The notes under the pieces: generated by a model
What the model was told of the DNA's origin: nothing
The model's database searches: none
Seen by the model: the letters and a program-made list of their open reading frames with translations, nothing else
Made by a program: the position numbers and the translations under genes
Assembly: GCF_003334405.1 (NCBI RefSeq)
Contig: NZ_QOWM01000007.1
Length of the DNA: 64,000 bases
Source: Escherichia coli
Lineage (GTDB): Bacteria; Pseudomonadota; Gammaproteobacteria; Enterobacterales; Enterobacteriaceae
Strand: one strand, 5' to 3'
Shown here: positions 21,505 to 36,744 of the stretch, one piece after another
Numbering within the stretch: the first letter of the stretch is position 1
Layout: the number at the start of each line of letters is the position of its first letter

Positions 21505-21536
21505 GAAGCCGCATCTGACAGTCAGAATGCGGCTTC
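21505..21536. terminator. Hairpin downstream of mnmE
   Basis: 10-bp stem gaagccgcat / atgcggcttc with palindromic loop ctgacagtcaga. Confidence 0.55.
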
Positions 21537-21546
21537 GTAAGCGCGG

Positions 21547-22911
21547 TTACTTACCAATACAGAAGCTGGAGAAAATCCGCCCCAGCAGGTCGTCTGAAGT
21601 AAATTCCCCGGTGATTTCGCTTAAGTTCTGCTGTGCCAGACGCAACTCTTCCGCCAGCAGTTCACCTGCCCAGGCTCCCAACAGTTGCGCTTTGCCCTGT
21701 TGTAGATGTTCCGCTGCCTGTTCCAGCGCCTGTAGGTGGCGACGACGCGCCAGGAAGCCGCCTTCCATGTTGGTGTCAAAGCCCATGCTCTGTTTGAGAT
21801 GGTTACGCAGCACGTCCACGCCTTCACCAGTCCTTGCCGAGAGACGAATTAACGCGTGACCGTTCACTTCACTCATTCCCAGCGTTTCGCCGGTGATATC
21901 GGCTTTATTGCGCACCACGGTGATCGGCAGTTTCGCTGGCAGACGGGCAATAAATTCCGGCCAGATCTCTGCCGGATCCACGGCGTCTGTTGTGGTGCCA
22001 TCGACCATAAACAGCACGCGGTCGGCCTGTTCAATTTCCTGCCACGCGCGCTCGATACCAATACGTTCTACTTCGTCACTGGCTTCACGTAGCCCGGCGG
22101 TATCGATGATATGCAGCGGCATTCCGTCAATGTGGATATGCTCACGCAGCACGTCACGCGTAGTTCCGGCGATATCGGTTACGATTGCCGCTTCACGCCC
22201 CGCCAGCGCGTTTAACAGGCTCGATTTACCGGCGTTAGGACGTCCGGCAATCACCACTTTCATCCCTTCGCGCAACAAACTACCCTGACGTGCTTCAGCA
22301 CGCACTGCATCAAGATCGGCAATAACGTCATTGAGCTGGGCTTCAATTTTTCCGTCGGAGAGGAAATCGATCTCTTCATCGGGGAAATCAATTGCCGCTT
22401 CGACGTAAATGCGCAAGTGGGTGAGGGCTTCTACCAGATGATTAACCCGTGCGGAGAATGCGCCTTGCAGCGAGTTAAGTGCCGAACGGGCCGCCTGTTC
22501 CGAACTGGCGTCGATAAGATCGGCAATCGCCTCGGCCTGGGCTAAGTCAAGTTTATCGTTAAGAAACGCGCGTTCGGAAAACTCACCAGGGCGAGCAATC
22601 CGCAGGCCGGGAATGGTCAGAATGCGTTTTAACAGCAGGTCGAGGATCACCGGACCGCCATGACCTTGCAGTTCCAGCACATCTTCGCCGGTGAACGAGT
22701 TCGGGCCAGGGAACCATAGCGCAATCCCCTGATCGAGCACGCTGCCGTCGGCGTCTTTAAACGGAAGATAATCGGCGTAGCGCGGCTTAGGCAGTTTACC
22801 CAGCACGGTTTCGGCAACTTCACGGGCTTTGAAGCCGGAGATGCGCAGGATGCCAACGCCGCCACGTCCCGGAGGCGTGGCCTGGGCTACGATAGTGTCA
22901 TTATCGCTCAT
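21547..22911 (-). CDS. mnmE: tRNA modification GTPase MnmE
   Basis: 454 aa; G1 motif GRPNAGKSS; C-terminal CIGK. Confidence 0.96.
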
Positions 22912-22930
22912 GATGTTCCTGTTGCTTTGT

Positions 22931-22961
22931 GTGGCGGATGCGCGGTGCTTATCCGCCCTAC
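22931..22961. repeat. REP-like palindrome in mnmE-yidC spacer
   Basis: gtggcggatgcgcggtgcttatccgccctac. Confidence 0.5.
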
Positions 22962-22968
22962 GAAAAGA

Positions 22969-22998
22969 AAAAAGGCGGTCAACTGACCGCCCTTATTT
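22969..22998 (-). terminator. Rho-independent terminator after yidC
   Basis: Minus strand: stem gggcggtca / tgaccgcc followed by ttttttctttt. Confidence 0.65.
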
Positions 22999-23016
22999 TA
23001 GCGAAAACTCACCGAA

Positions 23017-24663
23017 TCAGGATTTTTTCTTCTCGCGGCTATGCAGGCCACGTTTTTCCAGACCACGGTAAATCAGCTGCTGCTGAATAATGGTTACCAG
23101 GTTGCTGACGATATAGTACAGCACCAGACCTGACGGGAACCACAGGAAGAACACGGTGAAGATGACCGGCATAAAGGTCATGATCTTCTGCTGCATCGGG
23201 TCGGTCACTGTGGTCGGCGACATCTTCTGAATGAAGAACATCGTTACGCCCATCAGGATCGGCAGGATGTAGTACGGGTCCTGTGCCGACAGGTCGTGGA
23301 TCCACAGTGCAAACGGTGCCTGACGCAGTTCAACGGAACCCATCAGCATGTAGTACAACGCCAGGAAGATTGGCATCTGGATCAGCAGCGGGAAGCAGCC
23401 GCCCAGCGGGTTAACCTTCTCAGCTTTGTACAGCGCCATCATTTCCTGGCTGATACGCTGTTTGTCATCGCCCAGACGCTCACGCATTGCCTGAATCTTC
23501 GGCTGCAACATACGCATCTTCGCCATGGAGGTGTACTGCGCTTTGGTCAGCGGGTACATGATGCCACGAACGATAAAGGTGATGATGATAATGGAGAAGC
23601 CCCAGTTACCCACAAAGCTATGGATCCATTTCAGCAGTTTGAACAGCGGCTGAGAGATGAACCACAACCAACCGTAATCAACGGTCAGATCCAGGTGCGG
23701 AGCAACAGCTGCCATTTTGTCCTGGATTTCCGGGCCAACCCACAGGGTGCTGTTCATCGCGCCAGTCTGACCAGGCTGAACCAGTACCGGCTGAGATTTA
23801 TAGCCGATAGCGGCGATGCCGTTACCCAGATTAGCGGTATAGAAGTTGTTGGTACCGTCGTTATGCGGGATCCACGCCGTCGCGAAATACTGTTGCAGCA
23901 TCGCCACCCAACCACCTTTCGAAGAGATGTTCAGGTTTTCGTTATCGGCAATGGTATCGAACTTGTATTTCTCATACTTCTCGTCAGGCGTGGAGTACGC
24001 CGCGCCACGGAAGGTGTGCAGTGCGAAGTTGCTGCTTCCGGTATCGAGATGCGGTGGCAGAGTGATGGATTGCTTCAACTGACCAAACGAGGAGATTTCC
24101 AGCGGTTTCTCGCCAGCGTTCTGCACGTTGTAGTTGACGTTGACAGCGTAATCACCACGTTTCAGGACAAACGTTTTGGTAAACGTGTTGCCTGCCGCGT
24201 CGGTATACGTCATCGGCACCTGCAGTTCGTTTTGACCTTCAGCCAGCACATAAGCGTCTTTTTCAACGTTATACAGCGGACGCGGGCCGTTAGCCGGGTT
24301 ATCCGGGCCATCACGACCGGTCAGACCGCTCTGTGCCTGATAAATAAACTGCGGTGAAGTTTCCAACAGCTGGAACGGCTGGGTAGAGTTCAGCTCTTTC
24401 GGGTAAGCAGGCAGCAGAGCTTGCTCAACATCACCACCACGGGTGTTGATGGTCAGATCAAGCACGTCGGTCTTAACCGAGATCAGTTTCCCCTGGCCAC
24501 TGGCCGGTACGCCCTGGTCGGCGGCGCTACCCGCTGCGGTGGTCGTTGTCTGCGTGGTCTGTTGGGCCTGAGGTTGCGGGTTTTTATCCTGCTCCCAGGC
24601 TTGCCAGATCATGAAAGACACGAACAGCAAAGCGATGACTAAAAGATTGCGTTGCGAATCCAT
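23017..24663 (-). CDS. yidC: Membrane protein insertase YidC
   Basis: 548 aa; large periplasmic domain then conserved 5-TM core. Confidence 0.96.
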
Positions 24664-24665
24664 CG

Positions 24666-24923
24666 TTAGTGTTCTCTGGTATCAAATGGTCCGGGCGGGA
24701 CGGGATCGTCACCACCAGGGTGTAAAGGGTGGCATTTTAATACGCGTTTCACCGTCAACCAACTGCCTTTTATCACTCCAAACCTGCGCAATGCCTCAAT
24801 TCCGTAGCTTGAACAGGTTGGAGTGAAACGACAATGCGGCCCGAGTAGCGGACTAATCAGGCGTTGATAGACCCGAATGAGGGCTATCAGGACCCGCGAG
24901 CCAGGCGACAGTGGCGGCGCCAT
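24666..24923 (-). CDS. yidD: Membrane protein insertion efficiency factor YidD
   Basis: 85-aa ORF; overlaps rnpA 3' end by 37 nt. Confidence 0.85.
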
Positions 24924-25246
24924 AATTTTTCCAACGCTTCCGAGAGAGCACGGTTATCGAGGTCGGCAACCCCTTTTTTCGCCACCACCACGAAATCCAT
25001 AGCCGGGAGTTCATGTTGGCGCAGACGGAAGCTTTCACGCGTCAGACGTTTAATCCGATTGCGTTCATGGGCGCGTCGAACGTTTTTCTTGGCGACTGTA
25101 AGACCGATACGGGGATGCCCCAGCGAATTCAGGCGGCCGAGAATGGTAATTTGCGGCGTGCCAGCCCGTTGTGGCTGCTGGAAGACGAATGTGAATTGAC
25201 TGGGAGTTAACAAGCGTAACTCCCTGGGAAATGCGAGCTTAACCAC
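24887..25246 (-). CDS. rnpA: RNase P protein component RnpA
   Basis: 119 aa basic protein; start codon reads GTG on minus strand. Confidence 0.93.
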
Positions 25247-25262
25247 TCAGGGGTTAGCTTTA

Positions 25263-25415
<153 letters not shown>

Positions 25416-25660
25416 CTAAACTTGAATAAATTCAATGGCTTTATTGGATATCCGCCGAAAAATGAAACGATGGACACCGAAGCCATGGGTGATTAAAGAG
25501 GCCGGATTGTAATAATTGTACACTCCGGAGTCAATTCTCTTTCCTTATTTACCGCGCTTTTCCGCACCTTTTCGCAGGGAAAATGTACGACCTCACACCA
25601 GTGGAAACCAGCATGGCGCGCCGGGTGGAGGATTATACGGGCTGATGGGTAAAGCGCAAG

Positions 25661-25886
25661 GATCGTCCTGGATCTTTATTAGATCGATTAAGCCAATTTT
25701 TGTCTATGGTCATTAAATTTTCCAATATGCGGCGTAAATCGTGCCCGCCTCGCGGCAGGATCGTTTACACTTAGCGAGTTCTGGAAAGTCCTGTGGATAA
25801 ATCGGGAAAATCTGTGAGAAACAGAAGATCTCTTGCGCAGTTTAGGCTATGATCCGCGGTCCCGATCGTTTTGCAGGATCTTGATC
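25661..25886. promoter_or_regulatory. dnaA promoter region with GATC cluster
   Basis: Nine GATC sites in about 226 bp (starts 25661, 25671, 25682, 25759, 25827, 25851, 25864, 25877, 25883), roughly tenfold over expectation. Confidence 0.7.
25792..25800 (-). promoter_or_regulatory. DnaA box in dnaA promoter
   Basis: tgtggataa = reverse complement of TTATCCACA. Confidence 0.8.
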
Positions 25887-26009
25887 GGGCATATAACCGC
25901 AGACAGCGGTTCGTGCGTCACCCTCAAGCAGGGTCTTTTCGACGTACGTCAACAATCATGAATGTTTCAGCCTTAGTCATTATCGACTTTTGTTCGAGTG
26001 GAGTCCGCC

Positions 26010-27413
26010 GTGTCACTTTCGCTTTGGCAGCAGTGTCTTGCCCGATTGCAGGATGAGTTACCAGCCACAGAATTCAGTATGTGGATACGCCCATTGCAGG
26101 CGGAACTGAGCGATAACACGCTGGCCCTGTACGCGCCAAACCGTTTTGTCCTCGATTGGGTACGGGACAAGTACCTTAATAATATCAATGGACTGCTAAC
26201 CAGTTTCTGCGGAGCGGATGCCCCACAGCTGCGTTTTGAAGTCGGCACCAAACCGGTGACGCAAACGCCACAAGCGGCAGTGACGAGCAACGTCGCGGCC
26301 CCTGCACAGGTGGCGCAAACGCAGCCGCAACGTGCTGCGCCTTCTACGCGCTCAGGTTGGGATAACGTCCCGGCCCCGGCAGAACCAACCTATCGTTCTA
26401 ACGTAAACGTCAAACACACGTTTGATAACTTCGTTGAAGGTAAATCTAACCAACTGGCGCGCGCGGCGGCTCGCCAGGTGGCGGATAACCCTGGCGGTGC
26501 CTATAACCCGTTGTTCCTTTATGGCGGCACGGGTCTGGGTAAAACTCACCTGCTGCATGCGGTGGGTAACGGCATTATGGCGCGCAAGCCGAATGCCAAA
26601 GTGGTTTATATGCACTCCGAGCGCTTTGTTCAGGACATGGTTAAAGCCCTGCAAAACAACGCGATCGAAGAGTTTAAACGCTACTACCGTTCCGTAGATG
26701 CACTGCTGATCGACGATATTCAGTTTTTTGCTAATAAAGAACGATCTCAGGAAGAGTTTTTCCACACCTTCAACGCCCTGCTGGAAGGTAATCAACAGAT
26801 CATTCTCACCTCGGATCGCTATCCGAAAGAGATCAACGGCGTTGAGGATCGTTTGAAATCCCGCTTCGGTTGGGGACTGACTGTGGCGATCGAACCGCCA
26901 GAGCTGGAAACCCGTGTGGCGATCCTGATGAAAAAGGCCGACGAAAACGACATTCGTTTGCCGGGCGAAGTGGCGTTCTTTATCGCCAAGCGTCTACGAT
27001 CTAACGTACGTGAGCTGGAAGGGGCGCTGAACCGCGTCATTGCCAATGCCAACTTTACCGGACGGGCGATCACCATCGACTTCGTGCGTGAGGCGCTGCG
27101 CGACTTGCTGGCATTGCAGGAAAAACTGGTCACCATCGACAATATTCAGAAGACGGTGGCGGAGTACTACAAGATCAAAGTCGCGGATCTCCTTTCCAAG
27201 CGTCGATCCCGCTCGGTGGCGCGTCCGCGCCAGATGGCGATGGCGCTGGCGAAAGAGCTGACTAACCACAGTCTGCCGGAGATTGGCGATGCGTTTGGTG
27301 GCCGTGACCACACGACGGTGCTTCATGCCTGCCGTAAGATCGAGCAGTTGCGTGAAGAGAGCCACGATATCAAAGAAGATTTTTCAAATTTAATCAGAAC
27401 ATTGTCATCGTAA
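26010..27413 (+). CDS. dnaA: Chromosomal replication initiator DnaA
   Basis: GTG at 26010 ([14 protein letters not shown]...) gives 467 aa; Walker [11 protein letters not shown]; track ORF from 25998 is a 5' extension. Confidence 0.96.
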
Positions 27414-27417
27414 ACCT

Positions 27418-28517
27418 ATGAAATTTACCGTAGAACGTGAGCATTTATTAAAACCGCTACAACAGGTGAGCGGTCCGTTAGGTGGTCGTCCTACGCTACC
27501 GATTCTCGGTAATCTGCTGTTACAGGTTGCTGACGGTACGTTGTCGCTGACCGGTACTGATCTCGAGATGGAAATGGTGGCACGTGTTGCGCTGGTTCAG
27601 CCACACGAGCCAGGAGCGACGACCGTTCCGGCGCGCAAATTCTTTGATATCTGCCGTGGTCTGCCTGAAGGCGCGGAAATTGCCGTGCAGCTGGAAGGTG
27701 AACGGATGCTGGTACGCTCCGGGCGTAGCCGTTTTTCGCTGTCTACCCTGCCAGCGGCGGATTTCCCGAACCTCGATGACTGGCAGAGTGAAGTCGAATT
27801 TACCCTGCCGCAGGCAACGATGAAGCGTCTGATTGAAGCGACCCAGTTTTCTATGGCGCATCAGGACGTTCGCTATTACTTAAATGGTATGCTGTTTGAA
27901 ACCGAAGGTGAAGAACTGCGCACCGTGGCAACCGACGGCCACCGTCTGGCGGTCTGTTCAATGCCAATTGGTCAATCTTTGCCAAGCCATTCGGTGATCG
28001 TACCGCGTAAAGGCGTGATTGAACTGATGCGTATGCTCGACGGCGGCGACAATCCGCTGCGCGTACAGATTGGCAGCAACAACATTCGCGCCCACGTTGG
28101 CGACTTTATCTTCACCTCCAAACTGGTGGATGGTCGCTTCCCGGATTATCGCCGCGTTCTGCCGAAGAACCCGGACAAACATCTGGAAGCTGGCTGCGAT
28201 CTGCTCAAGCAGGCGTTTGCTCGCGCGGCGATTCTCTCTAACGAGAAATTCCGCGGCGTACGTCTTTATGTCAGCGAAAACCAGCTGAAAATCACCGCCA
28301 ACAACCCGGAACAGGAAGAAGCGGAAGAGATCCTCGACGTTACCTATAGCGGTGCGGAGATGGAAATCGGCTTCAACGTCAGTTATGTGCTGGATGTTCT
28401 GAACGCGCTGAAATGCGAAAACGTCCGCATGATGCTGACCGATTCGGTTTCCAGCGTGCAGATTGAAGATGCGGCCAGCCAGAGCGCGGCTTATGTTGTC
28501 ATGCCAATGAGACTGTA

Positions 28518-28518
<1 letters not shown>
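27418..28518 (+). CDS. dnaN: DNA polymerase III beta sliding clamp DnaN
   Basis: 366 aa; begins 4 bp after dnaA stop. Confidence 0.97.
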
Positions 28519-32034
<3,516 letters not shown>

Positions 32035-32055
32035 TGGCGCTAACCATGCGAGCGT

Positions 32056-32154
32056 GCCTGATGCGCTACGCTTATCAGGCCTACGAAAATCTTGCAATGT
32101 ATTGAATTTTCATGATTTTGTAGGCCGGATAAGGCGTTCACGCCGCATCCGGCA
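32056..32154. repeat. BIME: two REP palindromes in opposite orientation after gyrB
   Basis: gcctgatgcgctacgcttatcaggcctac (32056..32083) and taggccggataaggcgttcacgccgcatccggca (32121..32154). Confidence 0.7.
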
Positions 32155-32170
32155 AGAAGCTATAAGAAAA

Positions 32171-32200
32171 GGGCGGAGATCATCTCCGCCCTTTTTATTT
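32171..32200 (+). terminator. Rho-independent terminator after gyrB
   Basis: Stem gggcggag / ctccgccc, loop atcat, then tttttattt. Confidence 0.8.
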
Positions 32201-32273
32201 CTGCAATCCGCAATTATCATCCCGCAAATCTATACTTTTTGGGTCAACACGTAACGCTTTACAGGTGATTATC

Positions 32274-32672
32274 ATGGGGCTTTTTGATGAAGTTGTCGGT
32301 GCCTTTCTGAAAGGCGATGCGGGGAAATATCAGGCTATTTTAAGTTGGGTTGAGGAGCAGGGCGGCATTCAGGTGCTGCTGGAAAAACTGCAAAGTGGCG
32401 GCTTAGGGGCCATTCTCTCAACCTGGCTGAGTAATCAACAGGGCAATCAATCGGTTAGTGGCGAGCAACTGGAATCGGCGCTCGGCACAAATGCGGTGTC
32501 CGATCTCGGGCAAAAACTTGGCGTGGATACCAGTACAGCTTCCATTTTACTGGCAGAACAATTGCCGAAGATTATTGATGCGCTCTCACCGCAAGGTGAA
32601 GTGTCACCACAAGCCAATAACGATCTGCTTTCCGCAGGCATGGAACTGCTGAAAGGGAAACTCTTCCGCTAA
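32274..32672 (+). CDS. yidB: Uncharacterised protein YidB (DUF937-like)
   Basis: ATG at 32274 (MGLFDEVVGAFLKGD...) gives 132 aa. Confidence 0.85.
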   Translation: MGLFDEVVGAFLKGDAGKYQAILSWVEEQGGIQVLLEKLQSGGLGAILSTWLSNQQGNQSVSGEQLESALGTNAVSDLGQKLGVDTSTASILLAEQLPKIIDALSPQGEVSPQANNDLLSAGMELLKGKLFR

Positions 32673-32786
32673 GCAAAAAGGGAGCACGCAACGCGCGTTG
32701 CATCCCCCTTTTCCCTCGGGTGTTGTACTGATTTTTGAGCGGAATCGCGTTAGCATGGGTCAGGAACCAATCTACCTGGGGAACTC

Positions 32787-33599
32787 ATGGCTATTAAACT
32801 CATTGCTATCGATATGGATGGCACCCTTCTGCTGCCCGATCACACCATTTCACCCGCCGTTAAAAATGCGATTGCCGCAGCTCGCGCCCGTGGCGTGAAT
32901 GTCGTGCTAACGACGGGTCGCCCGTATGCAGGTGTGCACAACTACCTGAAAGAGCTGCATATGGAACAGCCGGGCGACTACTGCATTACTTATAACGGCG
33001 CGCTGGTACAGAAGGCCGCTGATGGTAGCACCGTGGCGCAAACTGCTCTCAGCTATGACGACTATCGTTTCCTGGAAAAACTCTCTCGCGAAGTCGGTTC
33101 TCATTTCCACGCCCTGGACCGCACCACGCTGTACACCGCCAACCGTGATATCAGCTACTACACGGTGCATGAATCCTTCGTTGCCACCATTCCGCTGGTG
33201 TTCTGCGAAGCGGAGAAAATGGACCCCAATACCCAGTTCCTGAAAGTGATGATGATTGATGAACCCGCCATCCTCGACCAGGCTATCGCGCGTATTCCGC
33301 AGGAAGTGAAAGAGAAATATACCGTGCTGAAAAGTGCGCCGTACTTCCTCGAAATCCTCGATAAACGCGTTAACAAAGGTACGGGGGTGAAATCACTGGC
33401 CGACGTGTTAGGTATTAAACCGGAAGAAATCATGGCGATTGGCGATCAGGAAAACGATATCGCAATGATTGAATATGCAGGCGTCGGTGTGGCGATGGAT
33501 AACGCTATTCCTTCAGTGAAAGAAGTGGCGAACTTTGTCACCAAATCTAACCTTGAAGATGGCGTGGCGTTTGCTATTGAGAAGTATGTGCTGAATTAA
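32787..33599 (+). CDS. yidA: HAD-family (Cof-type) sugar phosphatase YidA
   Basis: 270 aa; HAD motif I IAIDMDGTLL. Confidence 0.93.
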   Translation: MAIKLIAIDMDGTLLLPDHTISPAVKNAIAAARARGVNVVLTTGRPYAGVHNYLKELHMEQPGDYCITYNGALVQKAADGSTVAQTALSYDDYRFLEKLSREVGSHFHALDRTTLYTANRDISYYTVHESFVATIPLVFCEAEKMDPNTQFLKVMMIDEPAILDQAIARIPQEVKEKYTVLKSAPYFLEILDKRVNKGTGVKSLADVLGIKPEEIMAIGDQENDIAMIEYAGVGVAMDNAIPSVKEVANFVTKSNLEDGVAFAIEKYVLN

Positions 33600-33606
33600 T
33601 CTGTGG

Positions 33607-33637
33607 GCGGGCAAACAGCATAAACGCGTTTGCCCGC
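33607..33637. terminator. Hairpin between convergent yidA and yidX
   Basis: 10-bp stem gcgggcaaac / gtttgcccgc with 11-nt loop. Confidence 0.45.
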
Positions 33638-33644
33638 TTACTGA

Positions 33645-34301
33645 TTATTGGTTTACTGCATATACAACCAGAAATTGCAGCGGTGCAGTAATGATGTCCA
33701 GCGTAACAGTCACTGGCAGTAATGCTGCGGAAACACCATCCGGAATGCCTCTGGGTGAATAGTATTCATAAAATCGCACTTTAAATGGATGGTAGAACGC
33801 CATCACCTTTGAGTAATCCATGTTTTTATTTTTCTCATGGATTGTGCCTTTTAGGTTTTCCAGTGACCTGGTACAGTGTTGAACACCACAGGCAAAACCA
33901 TAATGCGTTGCCAGTGCCTTTTCTTCTTCGTTATTCCAGTAGTAGTAAAGCGATATTGTGCCGGTAAATTTCTTTTTCCCCGCATTTAAAACAAATCTTG
34001 CGTCATCGGCAACCTGAATATTGTGCCGGTTAAGTGCTGGATCATTGAGCATCTTAACGATGTCATCGGCACCATCAGTGATAAGGTAATCCAGCGATTC
34101 CCCTACAAAAACATAGCCTTTTGTTCCATTACTATCTTTTGCCTGCGATAGCCCAGTGATGGTGTCTGACTGCGATTGATACTTTCCTGAACTACCCTTT
34201 GCGGTATGGGAAACCAGAGCATACGAGATACAGCCTGAAAGCATCAGCGCCAGTGGGAATAAACCGGCAGCCTTAAAAAATCCCTTAAAATTCAACTTCA
34301 T
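33645..34301 (-). CDS. yidX: Lipoprotein YidX
   Basis: ATG at 34301 ([24 protein letters not shown]...) gives 218 aa with lipobox LSGC; track ORF to 34418 is a 5' extension. Confidence 0.85.
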
Positions 34302-34438
34302 GATTAATCCTTTAAACGAGTAGCTAAGCCGTTGAAAGCATACTCTTCTTTCCCTCCTGTTTAGCGCCTGATATCCCTTTTCAGATTTCTGCCCGACGCA
34401 TGTCATTTTTTTATGCATTGTTCTTTTTGTGATCTAAA

Positions 34439-34514
34439 TTGTAGTACAACAATATAAGTTTGTACTACATTACACGCACGGCAAACGCGAACGTCATCAC
34501 GCTGGTACTACAAA
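34439..34514. promoter_or_regulatory. Candidate DgoR operator repeats in dgo promoter
   Basis: ttGTAGTACaa (34439..34449), ttGTACTACat (34459..34469), ggtACTACaaa (about 34503..34514): inverted and direct copies of a GTAsTAC core. Confidence 0.6.
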
Positions 34515-34578
34515 GTTGCCGCGTTATGCATCGATCGGGGTAAAGTAGAGAAGAACATACAGAGCACAAGGACTCTCC

Positions 34579-35268
34579 ATGACTCTCAATAAAACCGATC
34601 GCATTGTCATTACGCTGGGTAAACAGATCGTTCACGGCAAATACGTGCCAGGCTCGCCGCTTCCGGCTGAGGCGGAACTCTGTGAGGAGTTTGCAACCTC
34701 GCGCAACATCATCCGTGAGGTGTTCCGTTCGCTGATGGCGAAGCGGCTGATTGAAATGAAACGTTATCGCGGGGCGTTTGTGGCACCGCGTAACCAGTGG
34801 AATTACCTCGACACTGACGTACTGCAATGGGTGCTGGAAAATGACTACGACCCACGGCTTATCAGTGCCATGAGCGAAGTGCGAAATCTGGTGGAACCGG
34901 CGATTGCCCGTTGGGCAGCAGAGCGCGCGACTTCCAGCGATCTGGCGCAGATTGAATCGGCGCTGAACGAGATGATTGCCAACAATCAGGACCGCGAAGC
35001 GTTTAACGAAGCGGATATTCGCTACCACGAGGCGGTGCTGCAGTCGGTGCATAACCCGGTGTTACAGCAACTTAGCATTGCGATCAGTTCGCTGCAGCGG
35101 GCGGTTTTTGAACGAACCTGGATGGGCGATGAGGCCAACATGCCGCAAACGCTCCAGGAACATAAGGCGCTGTTCGATGCGATACGACATCAGGACGGCG
35201 ATGCGGCAGAGCAGGCGGCGCTTACCATGATCGCCAGCTCGACACGAAGGTTAAAGGAAATCACATGA
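34579..35268 (+). CDS. dgoR: GntR/FadR-family repressor DgoR
   Basis: 229 aa; N-terminal winged HTH, FCD-type C-terminal domain. Confidence 0.93.
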   Translation: MTLNKTDRIVITLGKQIVHGKYVPGSPLPAEAELCEEFATSRNIIREVFRSLMAKRLIEMKRYRGAFVAPRNQWNYLDTDVLQWVLENDYDPRLISAMSEVRNLVEPAIARWAAERATSSDLAQIESALNEMIANNQDREAFNEADIRYHEAVLQSVHNPVLQQLSIAISSLQRAVFERTWMGDEANMPQTLQEHKALFDAIRHQDGDAAEQAALTMIASSTRRLKEIT

Positions 35269-36143
35269 CAGCTCGCTACATCGCAATTGACTGGGGATCG
35301 ACCAATCTGCGCGCCTGGCTTTATCAGGGCGACCACTGCCTGGAGAGCAGGCAATCAGAAGCAGGCGTCACGCGCCTGAACGGAAAATCTCCGGCTGCGG
35401 TGTTAGCAGAAGTCACGACCGACTGGCGTGAAGAGAAAACGCCAGTGGTAATGGCAGGAATGGTTGGCAGCAACGTCGGCTGGAAAGTTGCACCGTATTT
35501 ATCTGTTCCTGCCTGTTTTTCGTCTATTGGCGAACAATTAACGTCAGTTGGCGACAATATCTGGATTATTCCCGGATTATGTGTCTCTCATGACGATAAC
35601 CACAATGTGATGCGCGGCGAAGAAACACAATTGATCGGCGCGCGAGCTCTGGCTCCTTCCTCTCTTTATGTCATGCCCGGAACCCATTGCAAATGGGTGC
35701 AGGCCGATAGCCAGCAAATCAACGATTTTCGCACCGTGATGACCGGTGAATTACATCATTTACTGTTAAATCACTCATTGATTGGCGCAGGTTTGCCGCC
35801 GCAGGAAAACTCTGCCGATGCCTTCACAGCTGGCCTTGAGCGTGGTCTTAATACGCCCGCCATATTGCCGCAGCTTTTTGAAGTTCGCGCCTCGCATGTG
35901 CTGGGAACACTTCCCCGCGAACAGGTCAGCGAATTTCTCTCTGGTTTGTTGATTGGCGCAGAGGTCGCCAGTATGCGCGACTATGTGGCCCATCAACACG
36001 CCATCACCCTTGTCGCCGGAACATCGCTGACCGCGCGCTACCAGCAAGCCTTTCAGGCGATGGGTTGCGACGTGACGGCGGTGGCGGGCGACACGGCATT
36101 TCAGGCTGGTATAAGGAGCATCGCTCATGCAGTGGCAAACTAA
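35265..36143 (+). CDS. dgoK: 2-dehydro-3-deoxygalactonokinase DgoK
   Basis: 292 aa; start overlaps dgoR stop. Confidence 0.93.
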   Translation: MTARYIAIDWGSTNLRAWLYQGDHCLESRQSEAGVTRLNGKSPAAVLAEVTTDWREEKTPVVMAGMVGSNVGWKVAPYLSVPACFSSIGEQLTSVGDNIWIIPGLCVSHDDNHNVMRGEETQLIGARALAPSSLYVMPGTHCKWVQADSQQINDFRTVMTGELHHLLLNHSLIGAGLPPQENSADAFTAGLERGLNTPAILPQLFEVRASHVLGTLPREQVSEFLSGLLIGAEVASMRDYVAHQHAITLVAGTSLTARYQQAFQAMGCDVTAVAGDTAFQAGIRSIAHAVAN

Positions 36144-36744
36144 ACTCCCGCTGATCGCCATTTTGCGCGGTATTACGCCCGACGAGGCGCTGGCGCATGT
36201 TGGCGCGGTGATTGACGCCGGGTTCGACGCGGTTGAAATCCCGCTGAATTCCCCACAATGGGAGCAAAGCATTCCCGCCATCGTTGATGCGTACGGCGAC
36301 AAGGCGTTGATTGGCGCAGGTACGGTACTGAAACCTGAACAGGTCGATGCGCTCGCCAGGATGAGCTGTCAGCTCATCGTTACGCCCAATATCCATAGTG
36401 AAGTGATCCGCCGTGCGGTGGGCTACGGCATGACCGTCTGCCCCGGCTGCGCGACGGCGACCGAAGCCTTTACCGCGCTCGAAGCGGGCGCGCAGGCGCT
36501 GAAAATATTTCCGTCATCGGCTTTTGGTCCGCAATACATCAAAGCGTTAAAAGCGGTATTGCCATCGGACATCGCAGTCTTTGCCGTTGGCGGCGTGACG
36601 CCAGAAAACCTGGCGCAGTGGATAGACGCAGGTTGTGCAGGGGCGGGCTTAGGCAGCGATCTCTATCGCGCCGGGCAATCCGTAGAGCGCACCGCGCAGC
36701 AGGCAGCAGCATTTGTTAAGGCGTATCGAGAGGCAGTGCAATGA
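36127..36744 (+). CDS. dgoA: 2-dehydro-3-deoxy-6-phosphogalactonate aldolase DgoA
   Basis: 205 aa; overlaps dgoK by 17 nt. Confidence 0.93.

Noticed and set aside
23296-24357. 353-aa plus-strand ORF inside yidC
   Set aside because: Antisense to an essential conserved gene; low-complexity Arg/His-rich translation typical of an antisense artefact.
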